Source of the DNA: Octopus vulgaris
Lineage: Eukaryota
Reading direction: 5' to 3'
Length of the DNA stretch: 64,000 nt
Assembly: GCA_951406725.2 (NCBI GenBank)
Contig: OX597827.1
Location: 48,546,001-48,610,000 of the forward strand
Shown here: positions 12,570-25,734 of the stretch, piece by piece
Position numbering within the stretch: position 1 is the stretch's first letter
How the letters are laid out: each line of letters opens with the position of its first letter
The notes under the pieces: generated by a model
What the model was told of the DNA's origin: nothing
Databases searched by the model: none
What the model saw: only the letters and a program-made list of their open reading frames with translations
Translations under genes and position numbers: made by a program

Positions 12570-13087
12570 TAGATAGATAGATAAATAGATAGATAGATAG
12601 ATAGATAGATAGAGATGTTTCTTTAGTAGCCACACAGGCCCGGACACAGAGGGGACAAAGTATAACGTAGAGCCTTTCTTTTGAAGAAAGAAAAAGGAAA
12701 AAATAAAATTTCGATCAAAAGGGATCGGGAAAAAACAGCGCCGATCGAAAGGGATCGTGTATCACAGAAAATGTGGAAAGAAAAGCCTACGGAAAAGACC
12801 ATGGTAACCTTGGAGGTAACGTCCTACATAAGCACATTACAGTAAGTGACCCTCTTTTTTTCCATGTTTTTCTTCGTTCATAGGATTATGCTTAAGGCGG
12901 CTCCGTCATTCACACGTGCCTTTCTTGCTACATTCACCTATCTTTTATTGAAAGATTTTCTCGACAAAGCTTCCCTCTCTACTCTGACCCTCCTTTTCAA
13001 GTGATACTTAAAAAAGTTGAGGAGAGTTCAAACTTAAAAAAGTTGACGCGTCCACTATACACATTCTTTCGCCATAGCCACAAGTAC

Positions 13088-13167
<80 letters not shown>

Positions 13168-13168
13168 T

Positions 13169-13223
<55 letters not shown>

Positions 13224-13323
13224 TATCGATAGACAGACAGATAGATAGACAGACCGATAGATAGATAGATTGATTGATAGACAAACAGACAGATAGACAG
13301 ACAGACAGATATATAGACAGACT

Positions 13324-13378
<55 letters not shown>

Positions 13379-13440
13379 GTCCATCTACTGACTGACGCGG
13401 GTGCGCGCGTCCACTGGCTACAGGAATCTATAGGACACTC
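12088..13440. mobile_element. Degenerate non-autonomous TIR DNA transposon (GAGTG...CACTC ends)
   Basis: 12115-12156 tagtcagtggacgctacaccctcgttagtcagtaaacagac is an imperfect inverted repeat of 13379-13420. No TSD recognised. Confidence 0.5.
12615..13087 (-). mobile_element. 3' end of an L1/Tx1-like non-LTR retrotransposon inside (GATA)n
   Basis: Minus translation [12 protein letters not shown]...[28 protein letters not shown] resembles a Tx1 ORF2 C-terminus. 3' UTR shared with 22213-22500. Confidence 0.6.
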
Positions 13441-13494
13441 ACCCCAACTCACATTATACCTTGATGTAGTAGTTCGTCCACATTACCCCTTTGA

Positions 13495-13700
13495 TTAGCA
13501 TAGGACCGGTTTAGTGGTGTATATATTCCTCTCTGAACGGGACCCCAGGATTATTCATTTTTACCGACCGTATGGACTGGAGTGACGTGAAATGATGTGT
13601 TTTTCTCAAGAAGGCAACTCATCAACCGGTCCAGGAATCGAAACTAGAATCTTAAAATCAAACGTTCATCACCGTAACCACTAAGTGATGCGCCTCCATA
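13495..13700 (-). mobile_element. Degenerate tRNA-derived SINE (family of 59925)
   Basis: Minus strand: cttagtggtta A-box, gtttcgattcctggaccgg B-box, cttgag..aaa..ac...atttcac...ccagtcca body. Confidence 0.6.
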
Positions 13701-14429
13701 CCCCACTTCATTAGTCCTACATAAATTATACATAAAAAACAGAGTAGTCGATCAGAGCCGGAATGTTTTCAATCATAGGTCAGCTCGACCTACGCTAAGC
13801 TTGAAACTACGCATCAACAACCAAAATAGCAATAGTTTTGTACTTCATTATTCATGCTGAAAACGTAACATCTGAGAATGTCTGCATTTTTATGCAAATG
13901 CGAGAAAACTTTTTATTTAAATTTTTTTCTTGTTTACTTTTCCATTTTTCAAAAACGTTAATTGCTTCGTTGGAAATGTACTTTGTGCATTATATTGGAA
14001 AAGTGACATCGGTAAGCAAATATCTGGTCAATAATAATCACCATCTCTAACATTAAAGGTTCACTAAATCAGACAGTTTAAAGTTAACATTGACAGTAAA
14101 GGATTTCTGTTGGAATTTGGTCAATAAATGCTTAGTTTCAATCAACAAAAGGAAATGAATGCTTCATATAAATTGATAAAGAAAAGTAAAGAAAATTATA
14201 TATTTATTTATATCGTAACTATATTATATTTCTTTTTCGTGGCTATAGAAAACAGAGGTGAACATTAAATCCTGAAAAGAAGGCTGTAGAGAATGAAGAA
14301 GCTACATGTTACAACGGTATGAGAAGAATTCTGATAATATTAAAAATCAATAAAGGAACGTAGAGTTAGTAGAATCTGAAGCGTGTCTGACAAAATGCCT
14401 TGAGGTGTTTGTTCTGACTCTTTTCGTTA

Positions 14430-15460
14430 TAATTGCAGATTCCGGTAAGGTCGTTTCTGTCTTTCATCCTTTTAGAATCGATTGTTACAAGTGGTTAGGT
14501 TTTGCTATATATTTTTTTCAATGGTGTGAGTTTCCTTATTTAAAAATGTTAGAAATGGTTAAGTTTTGGCTTATAGTTTTCCATGAAGTAGGCTTCCTTA
14601 TTTCATCTAACTGTATTGGTGTTCCAATGGCGCAGAGATAGAATGGAAAGATTACAAATTGTGGTAGCAGTCACTAAATTATACTCTTCTGCATTATGGG
14701 ACAGAAATCTGCTGTCGGTGCAGAGTTCATCTACGTCTGAGTGATAATCCCGTGAACCCTATGTAGTTTTGGTGGCATCCGAGCATCTTATAACATAAAT
14801 TAGGTTTTCTGAAGCACAAATAATGTCAGATTTGATTTTGAATTTGTGCCCCTCTTTGAAAAGGAATTCTGCTCCTTCTAGAAGATTTGGGCATGTTGCG
14901 CAATTTGGTCGACCACATCTTTTTTATTTTTGCGTCCGTTATTTTAGAAAATAATTTTGCCTTTGTGAAAATCTTTTTTAGTGATTTCGGTTGTTAGTGG
15001 CTTTTGATAATCTTATGTATGTGTAATTTGGGGTCCTTATGTAGCATTGGTAATTTTGGGTGATGATGGTGAAGGCATCTTTGTTTCTGGGGTTGTATAT
15101 GCATATGTACGACAGTATTTTCGGGGAAGGTGTGTTGCTGTGTTGAACTGTTCATAAGGTTTCTATGTCGATTTGTGTTGCACGTCTGATTCCATTTTCT
15201 ATGAGTTAAACTAGGTAGTGTCTGTCAATTAGGGTATTTTGTGTTCTTGCAGTCAAAGATCTTTTACATACAGTTCGCAATGGAGTACAACCAAAAGGAG
15301 CTCCCATTCCTGGACATATTAATTTAAAAAATTAACCTAAAAGTAGAAACGGACATATTTTACAAAACCATAGACGCCAAACAATATCTACTATTTAATT
15401 CATGCCTCCCAAGACAGAGCAAAACAAACATCCCCTTGAACATTACAAGAAGGATATATA
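14430..15460 (-). mobile_element. Old PLE fragment with internal inversion
   Basis: Minus 15265-14430 gives KKCGRPNCATCPNL and ENLIYVIRC...YIG. Plus 15270-15460 gives ELPFLDIL and ETDIFYK...QYLLFNSC...KTNIP (RT thumb region). Confidence 0.8.
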
Positions 15461-15540
15461 TTAATAACAATATTAATAATGATAATAATAATTTATTACA
15501 CCAGTAATTTTATTTAAACTCGTATATGCGTGTAATGTAC

Positions 15541-15595
<55 letters not shown>

Positions 15596-15726
15596 TATAT
15601 GTATATATAAACCTATATGTACGTATAGCATTGATGTATATATATACGTTTCTATGTTAATAAGCGTCTGTTTATATAACTATATAAGGATGTTTGTGCA
15701 TGTGTGTATGTTTGTATATACATACA

Positions 15727-15799
<73 letters not shown>

Positions 15800-16201
15800 T
15801 TATGGATATGATATTCATGCATATTAATATATGTATGCTTACATAAATATGTGTCTGTGTGTGTGTCTTTGGTTGTCTAAATAAGTCTATGTCTGTATGA
15901 ACGTGCATAAAAACACACTCGAAACCAAAAACATTACAAGCATAACTAAAATATCAAGAAATGAAAGATTTAATGATTACCGTAGGCTTCTGACGTTCCT
16001 CTCATAAAGTTCAAATTGCTCAAAACTATATTGTTATTAGTGGAGATATTTTCAAACTGTTTTATTTGGGAACGTTATGAATATTCAAGTGCATATCTTG
16101 GGGGTAATTAAATAGCAATTACCATTTCAAAATTATCGACGGTCGCCTTAATATCGTGTTCAACGTAAAGATCGGAAAATTAAATAAATGGTGGTATATA
16201 T

Positions 16202-16247
<46 letters not shown>

Positions 16248-16255
16248 TGTATATG

Positions 16256-16644
16256 CTCTCTCTTACTCTTTTACTTGTTTCAGTCATTTGACTGCGGCCA
16301 TGCTGGAGCACCGCCTTTAATCGAGCAACTCGACCCCGGAACTAATTCTTTGTATGCCCAGTACTTATTCTATCGGTCTCTGTTGCCGAACCGCTAGGTG
16401 ACGGGGAAATAAACACACCAGCATCGGTTGTCAAGCAATGCTAGGGGGACAAACACAAACATACACGCATACATATATATGCATATATACGACGGGCTTC
16501 TTTCAGTTTCCCTCTACCAAATGCACTTACAAGGCTTTGGTCGGCCTGAGGCTATAGTAGAAGACACTTGCCCAAGGTGCCATGAAGTGGGACCGAACCA
16601 GGAACCATGTGGCTGGTAAACAAGCTACTTAACACACAGCCACT

Positions 16645-16647
<3 letters not shown>
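16256..16647 (-). mobile_element. tRNA-derived SINE, family 1
   Basis: A/B boxes (tggctgtgtg..aag, ggttcggtccc), ccttgggcaagtg body, tail gcggtgctccagcatggccgcagtcaaatgactgaaacaagtaaaagag. Confidence 0.85.
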
Positions 16648-16677
<30 letters not shown>

Positions 16678-16846
16678 CATAAGGGACTAAAGCCATCTGA
16701 ATATGGCTAGGGACAGGGCAGGGTGGTGGGGGTTTTACTGTTGCATTTAGCCCCAGGCGAACATCAACGTCGCCAGATAGGCTTGACACCATCACGGCGT
16801 CCTTTATCCTGCAAAGGGAGATAATTCCCCGATGAAGCGGAAACCA

Positions 16847-16892
16847 CACACGGACCTAGGTTTCAAGGTGTATTGCCTATCATCAACGTGTG
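16847..16892 (-). ncRNA. Type I hammerhead ribozyme (C3U variant)
   Basis: Exact reverse complement of 17273-17318. Confidence 0.85.
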
Positions 16893-17272
16893 GTAGGCCC
16901 CCGCTTCCTCGACGAACAACTCACTCTGCAGGATATTTATATATAGATTTTCAAGCAAAATACATTTGCTGATTTCGAAAATCTGTTCGACAGCAATAAT
17001 AATTCTCTAAATGAGATATAGATAGTAACTGCTCCATAACATAAGGGACTAAAGCCATCTGAATATGGCTAGGGACAGGGCAGGGTGGTGGGGGTGTTAC
17101 TGTTGCATTTAGCCCGTCCCTTATGTTATGGAGCAGTTACTGTCTATATCTCATTTAGAGAATTATTATTGCTGTCGAACAGATTTTCGAAATCAGCAAA
17201 TGTATTTTGCTTGAAAATCTATATATAAATATCCTGCAGAGTGAGTTGTTCGTCGAGGAAGCGGGGGCCTAC

Positions 17273-17318
17273 CACACGTTGATGATAGGCAATACACCTT
17301 GAAACCTAGGTCCGTGTG
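17273..17318 (+). ncRNA. Type I hammerhead ribozyme (C3U variant)
   Basis: cacacg TTGATGA t agg caataca cct t GAAA cctagg T C cgtgtg. 6-bp stem I, palindromic ACCTAGGT stem III, predicted GUC cleavage after 17312. Confidence 0.85.
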
Positions 17319-17533
17319 TGGTTTCCGCTTCATCGGGGAATTATCTCCCTTTGCAGGATAAAGGACGCCGTGATGGTGTCAAGCCTATCTGGCGACGTTG
17401 ATGTTCGCCTGGGGCTAAATGCAACAGTAACACCCCCACCACCCTGCCCTGTCCCTAGCCATATTCAGATGGCTTTAGTCCCTTATGCTATGGAGCAGTT
17501 ACTGTCTATATCTCATTTAGAGAATTATTATTG

Positions 17534-17597
<64 letters not shown>

Positions 17598-17598
<1 letters not shown>

Positions 17599-17997
17599 AT
17601 TTCAACAATTGAGGGTAAAATTAATTAATTATTAATTAATTTCACCAAGTGTTCAGTATGCAAAGGGACCATTTAAGGCGAATTCAAATTATTACAATAT
17701 ATAAAAGGGCTTAGTAAAATAAATTACTTTGCCGCATACTGAACTCATTAGAAATAGCAGCTAAAAAACTTTTTTAAAAACCATTTCTAATACTTAAAGA
17801 AAATCTCTCTCATATAGTGTTTGGTCAACTCAAATCACGAAAGTTTGGGGGTAAAGACATCAAAAAATCAAATGCAAAGGTTATTTGAGAACGTACGTTT
17901 CAAGATTAGTCATCACGACACTTCTATCATCAGCTCAGAAACTCCTTGGTTTGGATTTGAAAACACTGAAAGTGAGAGCATACTCTTTCGGCCTCTC
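17598..17997 (-). mobile_element. Non-coding HHR-bearing element related to 873-1359
   Basis: Starts at (TA)n, shares a segment with 880-950, and contains the HHR at 17886-17937. Confidence 0.55.
17886..17937 (-). ncRNA. Type I hammerhead ribozyme
   Basis: Minus strand: tgag CTGATGA t aga agtgtcgtgatgactaa tct t GAAA cgtacg T T ctca; palindromic ACGTACGT stem III. Confidence 0.75.
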
Positions 17998-18157
17998 AAT
18001 GGGTAATTGACCACTGTGAGCGACCTGTAGAACACTCACTCCTTATCATACGAATGTATACAGATAGTGCCTGAACACAAAAATTAATATGTAGACATGT
18101 GTATATATCTAGTGTAAATAAATACATACATACAGACATATATATATATATACATGG

Positions 18158-18195
<38 letters not shown>

Positions 18196-18246
18196 GGATA
18201 TACATATATACATACATATATATATATAGATATATACATATATATA

Positions 18247-18318
<72 letters not shown>

Positions 18319-18321
18319 GTG

Positions 18322-18372
<51 letters not shown>

Positions 18373-18422
18373 GCATATATATATGTATATATATATATAT
18401 ATGTATGTATATATGTATATCC

Positions 18423-18460
<38 letters not shown>

Positions 18461-18624
18461 CCATGTATATATATATATATATATGTCTGTATGTATGTAT
18501 TTATTTACACTAGATATATACACATGTCTACATATTAATTTTTGTGTTCAGGCACTATCTGTATACATTCGTATGATAAGGAGTGAGTGTTCTACAGGTC
18601 GCTCACAGTGGTCAATTACCCATT
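17998..18624. repeat. Near-perfect inverted duplication centred on a (TA)n mosaic
   Basis: aatgggtaattgaccactgtgagcg...cagacat (17998 to about 18140) is the reverse complement of about 18482-18624, and the symmetry extends into the microsatellite. Confidence 0.9.
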
Positions 18625-19504
18625 TAGCCTGCCTGTTTAACTGTGAGTTAACAATGCACGTTCTGTTGAAGAAGTGTATGCGCACATATATAAGTGTGTT
18701 AATGGGCGTTTATGCTCTCGCGCACGTGCGCGCGTGTGTGTATGTGTGTATGTTTGTGTGTGTATTAAAATGCAAAATGGAAAAACAAAATATTTTGCAT
18801 CGCTCGAAAAACAATTTAAATATAGTACTCAAACAGAATCTACATGAAATGTTCCTCGAGTGATTCCAAACATTTTGCTTTTTCATTTTCTATTTTCATT
18901 TATATCGACCCGCTCAAGAAGGAGCCACTTCTAACCGCCTTCGATAGGCGGTCCTAGCTCCAAAATTTTCAGTTCCAGTTCCAACCGGAGTTTTAGTAGT
19001 AGAGCAAGCTGAGCATTCATAGTACATATATATTACATTAATTCATTTCATAAAAAACTTCTATATATCTCGTGAACCCAGCATAATTCTTCCAAACAGT
19101 ATGTATTTTACTTGTAAAATTAAGCGTTACCAAAACAAAAATGTACATCGTATTTCTTTACAGAGTCTCTTTATTATTCTTATGAGGACTTACAATTCTA
19201 AATTACATAATCTATATTCTCTAATCAACAGACACACTTGTCCAGCTCCCGGCAAAATCAAACTCATCAATATCCTTAATGTGACTTTATAAGAAAAACA
19301 CATATATGACTGAAATCACACTTACGCATCCCTCGCAAAAAAAAGAAAATGCGATTTTATATATAGATATACTGTTTACTCTTTTACTCCTTTATACATA
19401 GATATATGTATAGATATTGTTTGTGTGGTGGGGTATGTATGTGCGCGTATGTGTGTGTATTTTTATTTATAATATAGAGGCATAAACGTATACTGCGAAA
19501 TACT

Positions 19505-19810
19505 CTGTTCTTTTCTTTTCTTTCTTTGTATACTTGTTTCAGTACTCATTCGATCAGAACGTTTTGCCGAACTTCTAGTTTACAGGGACGTAAAACCACC
19601 AACACCGGTTGTCAATCAGTAACAAACAGACAAAAAGACACACACACACACACGTTTTAGGGCGGTCTTCTTCAGTGTCCTTCTAACAAAACCATTCGCA
19701 ATGTTTTCGTTGACCGAAGGCGATAGTAGATGACATATGCCCAATGTGCTACGTAGTGGTACTGAACCCGAAACCATGTGTGGGAAGCAAGCTTCTTACC
19801 TCACAGCCTT
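19505..19810 (-). mobile_element. tRNA-derived SINE, family 1 (diverged)
   Basis: Homologous to 16256-16647. Confidence 0.75.
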
Positions 19811-19822
19811 AGAGAGACAGAA

Positions 19823-19862
<40 letters not shown>

Positions 19863-20321
19863 AGAGAATGAGAGAGCTTGTTTGATAGGGAGAGATTGAT
19901 TGACATATGCGCTATATAAGTGTGTATATTTGTGTAACATTCTGGAAAATCCTGTAGAGGAAGGCCAGCGGTTGTTTTTATTATATATAATTCAATTGTA
20001 CGATAATATTTTCTGGAACTTTCATTGTTAATGTACAGAAGGAACGAGCCACAAATCATTTCTTGGAATATTTTGTTAACATATAACCACATTACCTAGC
20101 GCGCACACGTTTATGTGTATATGTGGGCGTGTGACGTATGCATATCTATGTCCATATAAGTGTATATATTTTTCAATATACATATATATATACACACTCA
20201 CACACACATTTATACATATATATTTCAAAACTCCAGCGAATTCCTGTTTTATATATGTACATGTATATTATGTATTTATCTATTTAACTTTCTCTCTCTC
20301 TCTCAGTACATATGCATATAC

Positions 20322-20396
<75 letters not shown>

Positions 20397-20809
20397 TATA
20401 TATAGTAAAATAGATCATGGAGCGTTATGAATTGAACAGAATTTTAAAATATAGAATACATACTTCGAAACAGAAAAAAAAAAAAAAACAAATGGGGAAT
20501 TTTCTGTTTGTGAAAAGTGTAAATAAAAGGTTTTTCACTTTAAGTTTAAAAATAAGACTTAACGATCAATAAATACTTTTGTGACGAAAACCCGGAAGCG
20601 ATAGTTTGCTAAAGCAACCTGACTACTCTTTTTCCATTCTCATTTTCAATATTCTATGCGTGTATGCTTTTTACAACCAAACAACTGCCTTTTATGAGAA
20701 ATTGTCACAATTATAATATACTTTCCAGTGTATACAACATGCCGCGTATAGCTATTTATATACACATATATGCATTAAGTAGATGCATATGAATATACAG
20801 ATGTGTATA

Positions 20810-20957
20810 GGCGCAGGTCTGGCTGTGTGGTGAGTAGCTTGTTTACCAACCACATGATTGCGGGTTCAGTCAAGTGTCTTCTACTATAGCCTCGGGCCGA
20901 CCAAAGCCTTGTGAGTGGATTTGGTAGACGGAAACTGAAAGAAGACCGTCGTATATA

Positions 20958-21035
<78 letters not shown>

Positions 21036-21250
21036 TGAGATTGTATATCTGTGTTTGTCCCCCCAACATCACTTGACAACCGATGCTGGTGTGTTTATGT
21101 CCCCGTCACTTAGCGATTCGGCAAAGAGACCGATAGAATAAGTACTGGGCTTACAAAGAATAAGTCCCTGTGTTAGTTTCTCGATTAAAGGCGGTGCTCC
21201 AGCATGACCGCAGTCAAATGACTGAAACAAGTAAAAGAGTAAAAAAGAGT
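20810..21250 (+). mobile_element. tRNA-derived SINE, family 1, with internal (TA)n(TG)n
   Basis: tggctgtgtgg A-box, gggttcagtc B-box, same tail as 16256-16647. Confidence 0.85.
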
Positions 21251-21984
21251 ATATATATATATATATGCATGTATGCATGTATATAAGTGTATGTATGTCT
21301 ATGTACATATATATATATATGCATATATATACATATACATATATACATGTATGTATTCATAATTATGTATACATTAATGTGCATATATGTGTGCGTGCGT
21401 GACAGTTGTTAACGCATTTTCATGTTTGTATAACTTTGTTCTGCATATGGGAAAAAGTATTGTCAGAAAAGGATAAGCGGCAGATTATATTGCTTTTTAC
21501 TTCTGTCTATTCTTGTGATTGGTAATTTGTAAATGTCCACCGGCATTAAGTAAACAAACAGTCACCACATATAAAGTTTTAGAAATACATTTGACAGCGA
21601 CATTTCAGCTACACTCCGAAACACGTTAGTTATAATAGATTAATAATGGTACATGTCGAACGACGTTTGGTTGAGCCATTCATTCATTGCAAGTTGGTAT
21701 GACATAAAACTGAAACGATTATGAAGATTTGTAGAAATTATAAATATTATTATGATAAATTTCATGATTGCCAAAAAAGAAATAAAATCATTGTGCATAA
21801 TTTTATTAAACATAACACTTCTAAATATAAATTTTCTAGATAATTTCACAAATAAATTTATTCAATTACATTATAAGCATCAGTTAGCAATAGAAGGCTT
21901 TAAAATGATTCTATAATAATAGAGACGTATACAGAAACACTCACACACAAACATTGAAACATACACACATATATGCATATATAC

Positions 21985-22083
<99 letters not shown>

Positions 22084-22084
22084 G

Positions 22085-22166
<82 letters not shown>

Positions 22167-22212
22167 GTAGACAGATGGATGGATGGATGGATGGATGGGG
22201 GGATAGATAGAT

Positions 22213-22500
22213 ATGTTTCTTTATTAGCCACACAGGGCTGTACACAGACGAGACAGATTACAAAGTAGAGCTTTTCTTTTTGGGGGAGAGAAAAAAAAGG
22301 TGGGTTAGATTTTCTATCAAAAGCGATCGTAAAAGGGAAAAAAAGGGGAAAAAACGATCAATAGGGATCACGTAACACAGTGTCATGGTGTAAAGTGTAA
22401 AGGGGGAAGCAGATAAGATTTATCCGTGGGAAGAAAATCCTACGGAAAAGACCCACGGTAACCTCGGTCAATGATGTTACATGTTACCACATTTGTTTGC
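22213..22500 (-). mobile_element. 3' UTR of the Tx1-like element inside (GATA)n
   Basis: Homologous to 12615-12820; minus-strand AATAAA at 22220-22225 followed by (TCTA)n. Confidence 0.6.
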
Positions 22501-22548
22501 ATAGATAGATAAATAGATAGATAGATATATAGATAGATATATAGATAT

Positions 22549-22689
<141 letters not shown>

Positions 22690-23249
22690 TATAGATAGAT
22701 ACATACATACATACATACATACATACATACAGCACACAAAGGGCACAAAGAAAGAAAACACGATAAAACACGATGGAAGACAAGTTTTAACGCGTATTAA
22801 TTTAACGCTTAAAACGATGGCAAATAGTTTTGATGGTTTGAAGAACACAAAATAATTGTGACTATGCTAACTGTATTCTTATAACTAACCATACCTTCAT
22901 ACTCCTTCCCGTCATAATTTAAAAGTTTACCTTATTTACTTTTTAACTTTCACCCTCCTGTAGAATGCATCAAGTACTGGGAACGACGCTTTAGTGAAGA
23001 TCGTACTGAGATGATTTTTTGTTTTCCAACGGTTTCCTATAATGTTACAACTCATCTTAGACTAACGACCAACAGCCAGAATATTTTCTTATTGTTTGTG
23101 CTTTTTCCCGTATTGAGCCTTCCTATTAGAATGCTCTTAACCAATTAGCATCTAAACCGGCAATATTCAGCCCAAGTTTTCTATGTTTTATGTGGAAATG
23201 ACCAGATTCGACCCCGCAAAATTTAGCTCACAACGTCATTCTAAATATA

Positions 23250-24145
23250 TGCAATTACATCAACAAATTCTCGACGTTTTGTAGCAAATTTGCTGTGTAG
23301 TTTGAGTGCTGAGTTTTCAGGACTTCTATTCTGCAATAGATATGGATCTTAGATTGTTGTGTCATTATGAGGATGAGAAAGACATCTATATTAATCCCAC
23401 TAGACCAAATATTGCCAAAATTTATGCCTGCACTGAACTTATTTATATTTTGTGCCACAATGATGACTGCCAACCAAGGATTGACTGAATTAACAACAGC
23501 TTTGACGATAACCCTTGTGTTCGTTCTCGTGTGACTTGCGTATGATAAAAGGTATTATATACAGTTTGCGCTTCCTCTTCAAATCCATTCTGAGTTTTAC
23601 AAATGTAATATGCAGTGCTATATTCACTCAAATTTTACTTGAAATAACAACCAGTGTTCCTTCCAAAAAATATTCCTTAAATAGAACAATAATGCTGTGG
23701 CGATAGTAAAGCACAAATAGGTACCCTCGCCTCACATGTACTTCAGTGAGAGATTCTGTTAGGCTGGTGTCTGCCCAACTATCAAGAAAATGGACCAGAT
23801 CGAACTGAAAATAACATCTGCCGTCATTTCTTTAATCTATCTTGAATAGCTTGCAGTAAGTTTAAAGATTCCACTGTTCCTGCCCATAACCATAATCTAA
23901 CCAGGATTTCTTACACTTTGTAGCTCAGACGAATCATTACTAAGAATAATGTTATTCAAACAGAATGTTCTGGATATTCTCAATGAAAGCCATGAACATC
24001 ATCTATATTACAGTGATGACGCAATTTACTGAAGCTATCAAATTCTCTGATTGTTAAGCTCTTGCAACAGGAAAGATTGTCTCTGGAGTGCTAAGTGTCT
24101 TTGTCATACACAACATCATTGCGAATCACCGACCTTCGACTGTGA
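23250..24145 (+). mobile_element. Possible ancient Academ-like DNA transposon coding remnant
   Basis: AIDMDLRLLCHY (DTDxxxLL-like) and a C-terminal CNRKDCLWSAKCLC cysteine cluster across frameshifts; weak similarity only. Confidence 0.3.
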
Positions 24146-24491
24146 ATTATTGTTCTGAATCGATCGTTCCTTGTTTTATTTATAGAGAATATATTAAACT
24201 GCAACGTGTTTAGATGGAAATAGCAAGAACAAAGTTGAAAATTGCGGTGGAAGCTTAAAATGCAAATAACTAACCAAAAGCAATATCTGCTAAATATATT
24301 TAAAACTGATAGATTTATAAAGTTGTAAGAAATATATTTGAAGAACTGGTAATAAATTTCTACCTTGTAAATAAAGCCGTGCCATATATATAAACTTATA
24401 TCGTAGACTTAAATACTACATTTCATAATATACTTTATACGATCGAAATATAAAACTATACTTCAATAAGCTTGGAATAATAATAAAAATG

Positions 24492-24567
<76 letters not shown>

Positions 24568-24609
24568 TGATAATAATGATAATAAGGATGATGATGATGA
24601 TGATGATTA

Positions 24610-25330
24610 GAGTGGAAGATATGAAAGCTCCTAATAAGGCAAAGAGCCATCATCCATGGGCAGACATGATCACTTATAAACGAAGAGAGCGAAAGAAAGA
24701 AGAGGACTGATAAGTGTAGAAGACTGCGTGCATATTGAACTCTTGAGCTTACGGAGATGCCTAGCCAATGGAAGGAAACCTTGCTGCTATCAATTAGGTA
24801 CGTTAGCGTATTGAAAGCAGAGAAAAAGGAAAAGAAAACAACAAGTACAAAAAGAACATGAAGAAGGACTATGCGATAAGAGACTATACAATCATTCCTC
24901 GTAGTCACAACTGAAGTTACTGGAAAACATAGGTGGGAATGGCTGAAGAAAGGACAACTGAAAGAACAGAATGGGAGCGCAAGCAATGCCCATAAACTGG
25001 AGGATCAGCCTTAGGAATGAACAGGTCTCTCCACTGTGCCGCATCTGTAATAGAGTTGCCAGAACCATTGTCCATATCGTGAACGAATATCCTAGACTTG
25101 CCCAAAATCATTGCAAGTTGTGACGACAGTATGTGGTAGGCAAGTTCTACAATGGAGACTATGCGAAAAGTAAGGTATGGAGAGATGCTAGACGTGGTAT
25201 GAGCACAAATCGAAAAGAGGGACCGAGTCGGAGACATGAAAAATCCTGTGAGATTTATCAACCCAAACAGATCAGGTGCTTGAGCACAAGTTGAACCTAG
25301 TATTGATGGACATGGCGAATCACATGTCCT
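24610..25330 (+). mobile_element. Degenerate R4/Dong-type retrotransposon fragment next to (TAA)n
   Basis: HHPWAD, RGLISVEDC, WEWLKKGQLK, PLCRICNRVARTIVHIVNE, KIL*DLSTQTD. Confidence 0.75.
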
Positions 25331-25414
25331 ATATAACTGATGCTCCGTGTCCATTTGACCCACGAATTGTCAAAAGGGAAGGAGAAAAATAGACATATAC
25401 AATCCGAAAATGAA

Positions 25415-25670
25415 AGAAATCCGTCGTATATATATGTATGTGTGTATATATATGTTTGTGCGTGTACGTTTGTCTACCCAACATCGTTTGACAACCGATG
25501 CTGGTGTTTTTATGTCCCCGTCACTTGGCGGTTCGGTAAGATAGACCGATAGAATAAGTACTAGGCTTACAAAGAATAAGTCCTGGGGGCGATTTGCTCG
25601 ACTAAAGACGGTGCTCTAGCATGGTCGCGGTCAAATGACTGAAACAAATAAAATAATAAAAGAATAAAAT
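25415..25670 (+). mobile_element. 5'-truncated SINE, family 1
   Basis: gacaaccgatgctggtg...gcggtcaaatgactgaaacaa tail. Confidence 0.8.
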
Positions 25671-25692
25671 TATATATATATATATATATGTG

Positions 25693-25734
<42 letters not shown>

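Larger units (their letters stand above)
16675..17534. mobile_element. Retrozyme-like element: 362-nt HHR monomer as two inverted, terminally redundant arms
   Basis: Left arm 16675-17115 (minus) and right arm 17116-17534 (plus). Period is 362 in each arm (16676/17038 and 17116/17478). One HHR per arm; (TA)n on both flanks. Confidence 0.8.

Noticed and set aside
16646-17612. Twin ORFs MWFPLHRGIISLC... on opposite strands
   Set aside because: A by-product of the inverted repeat; non-ATG starts, and they run into (TA)n.
20810-20870. tRNA-like A/B boxes here and in the other SINE heads
   Set aside because: No cloverleaf; these are SINE promoters, not tRNA genes.
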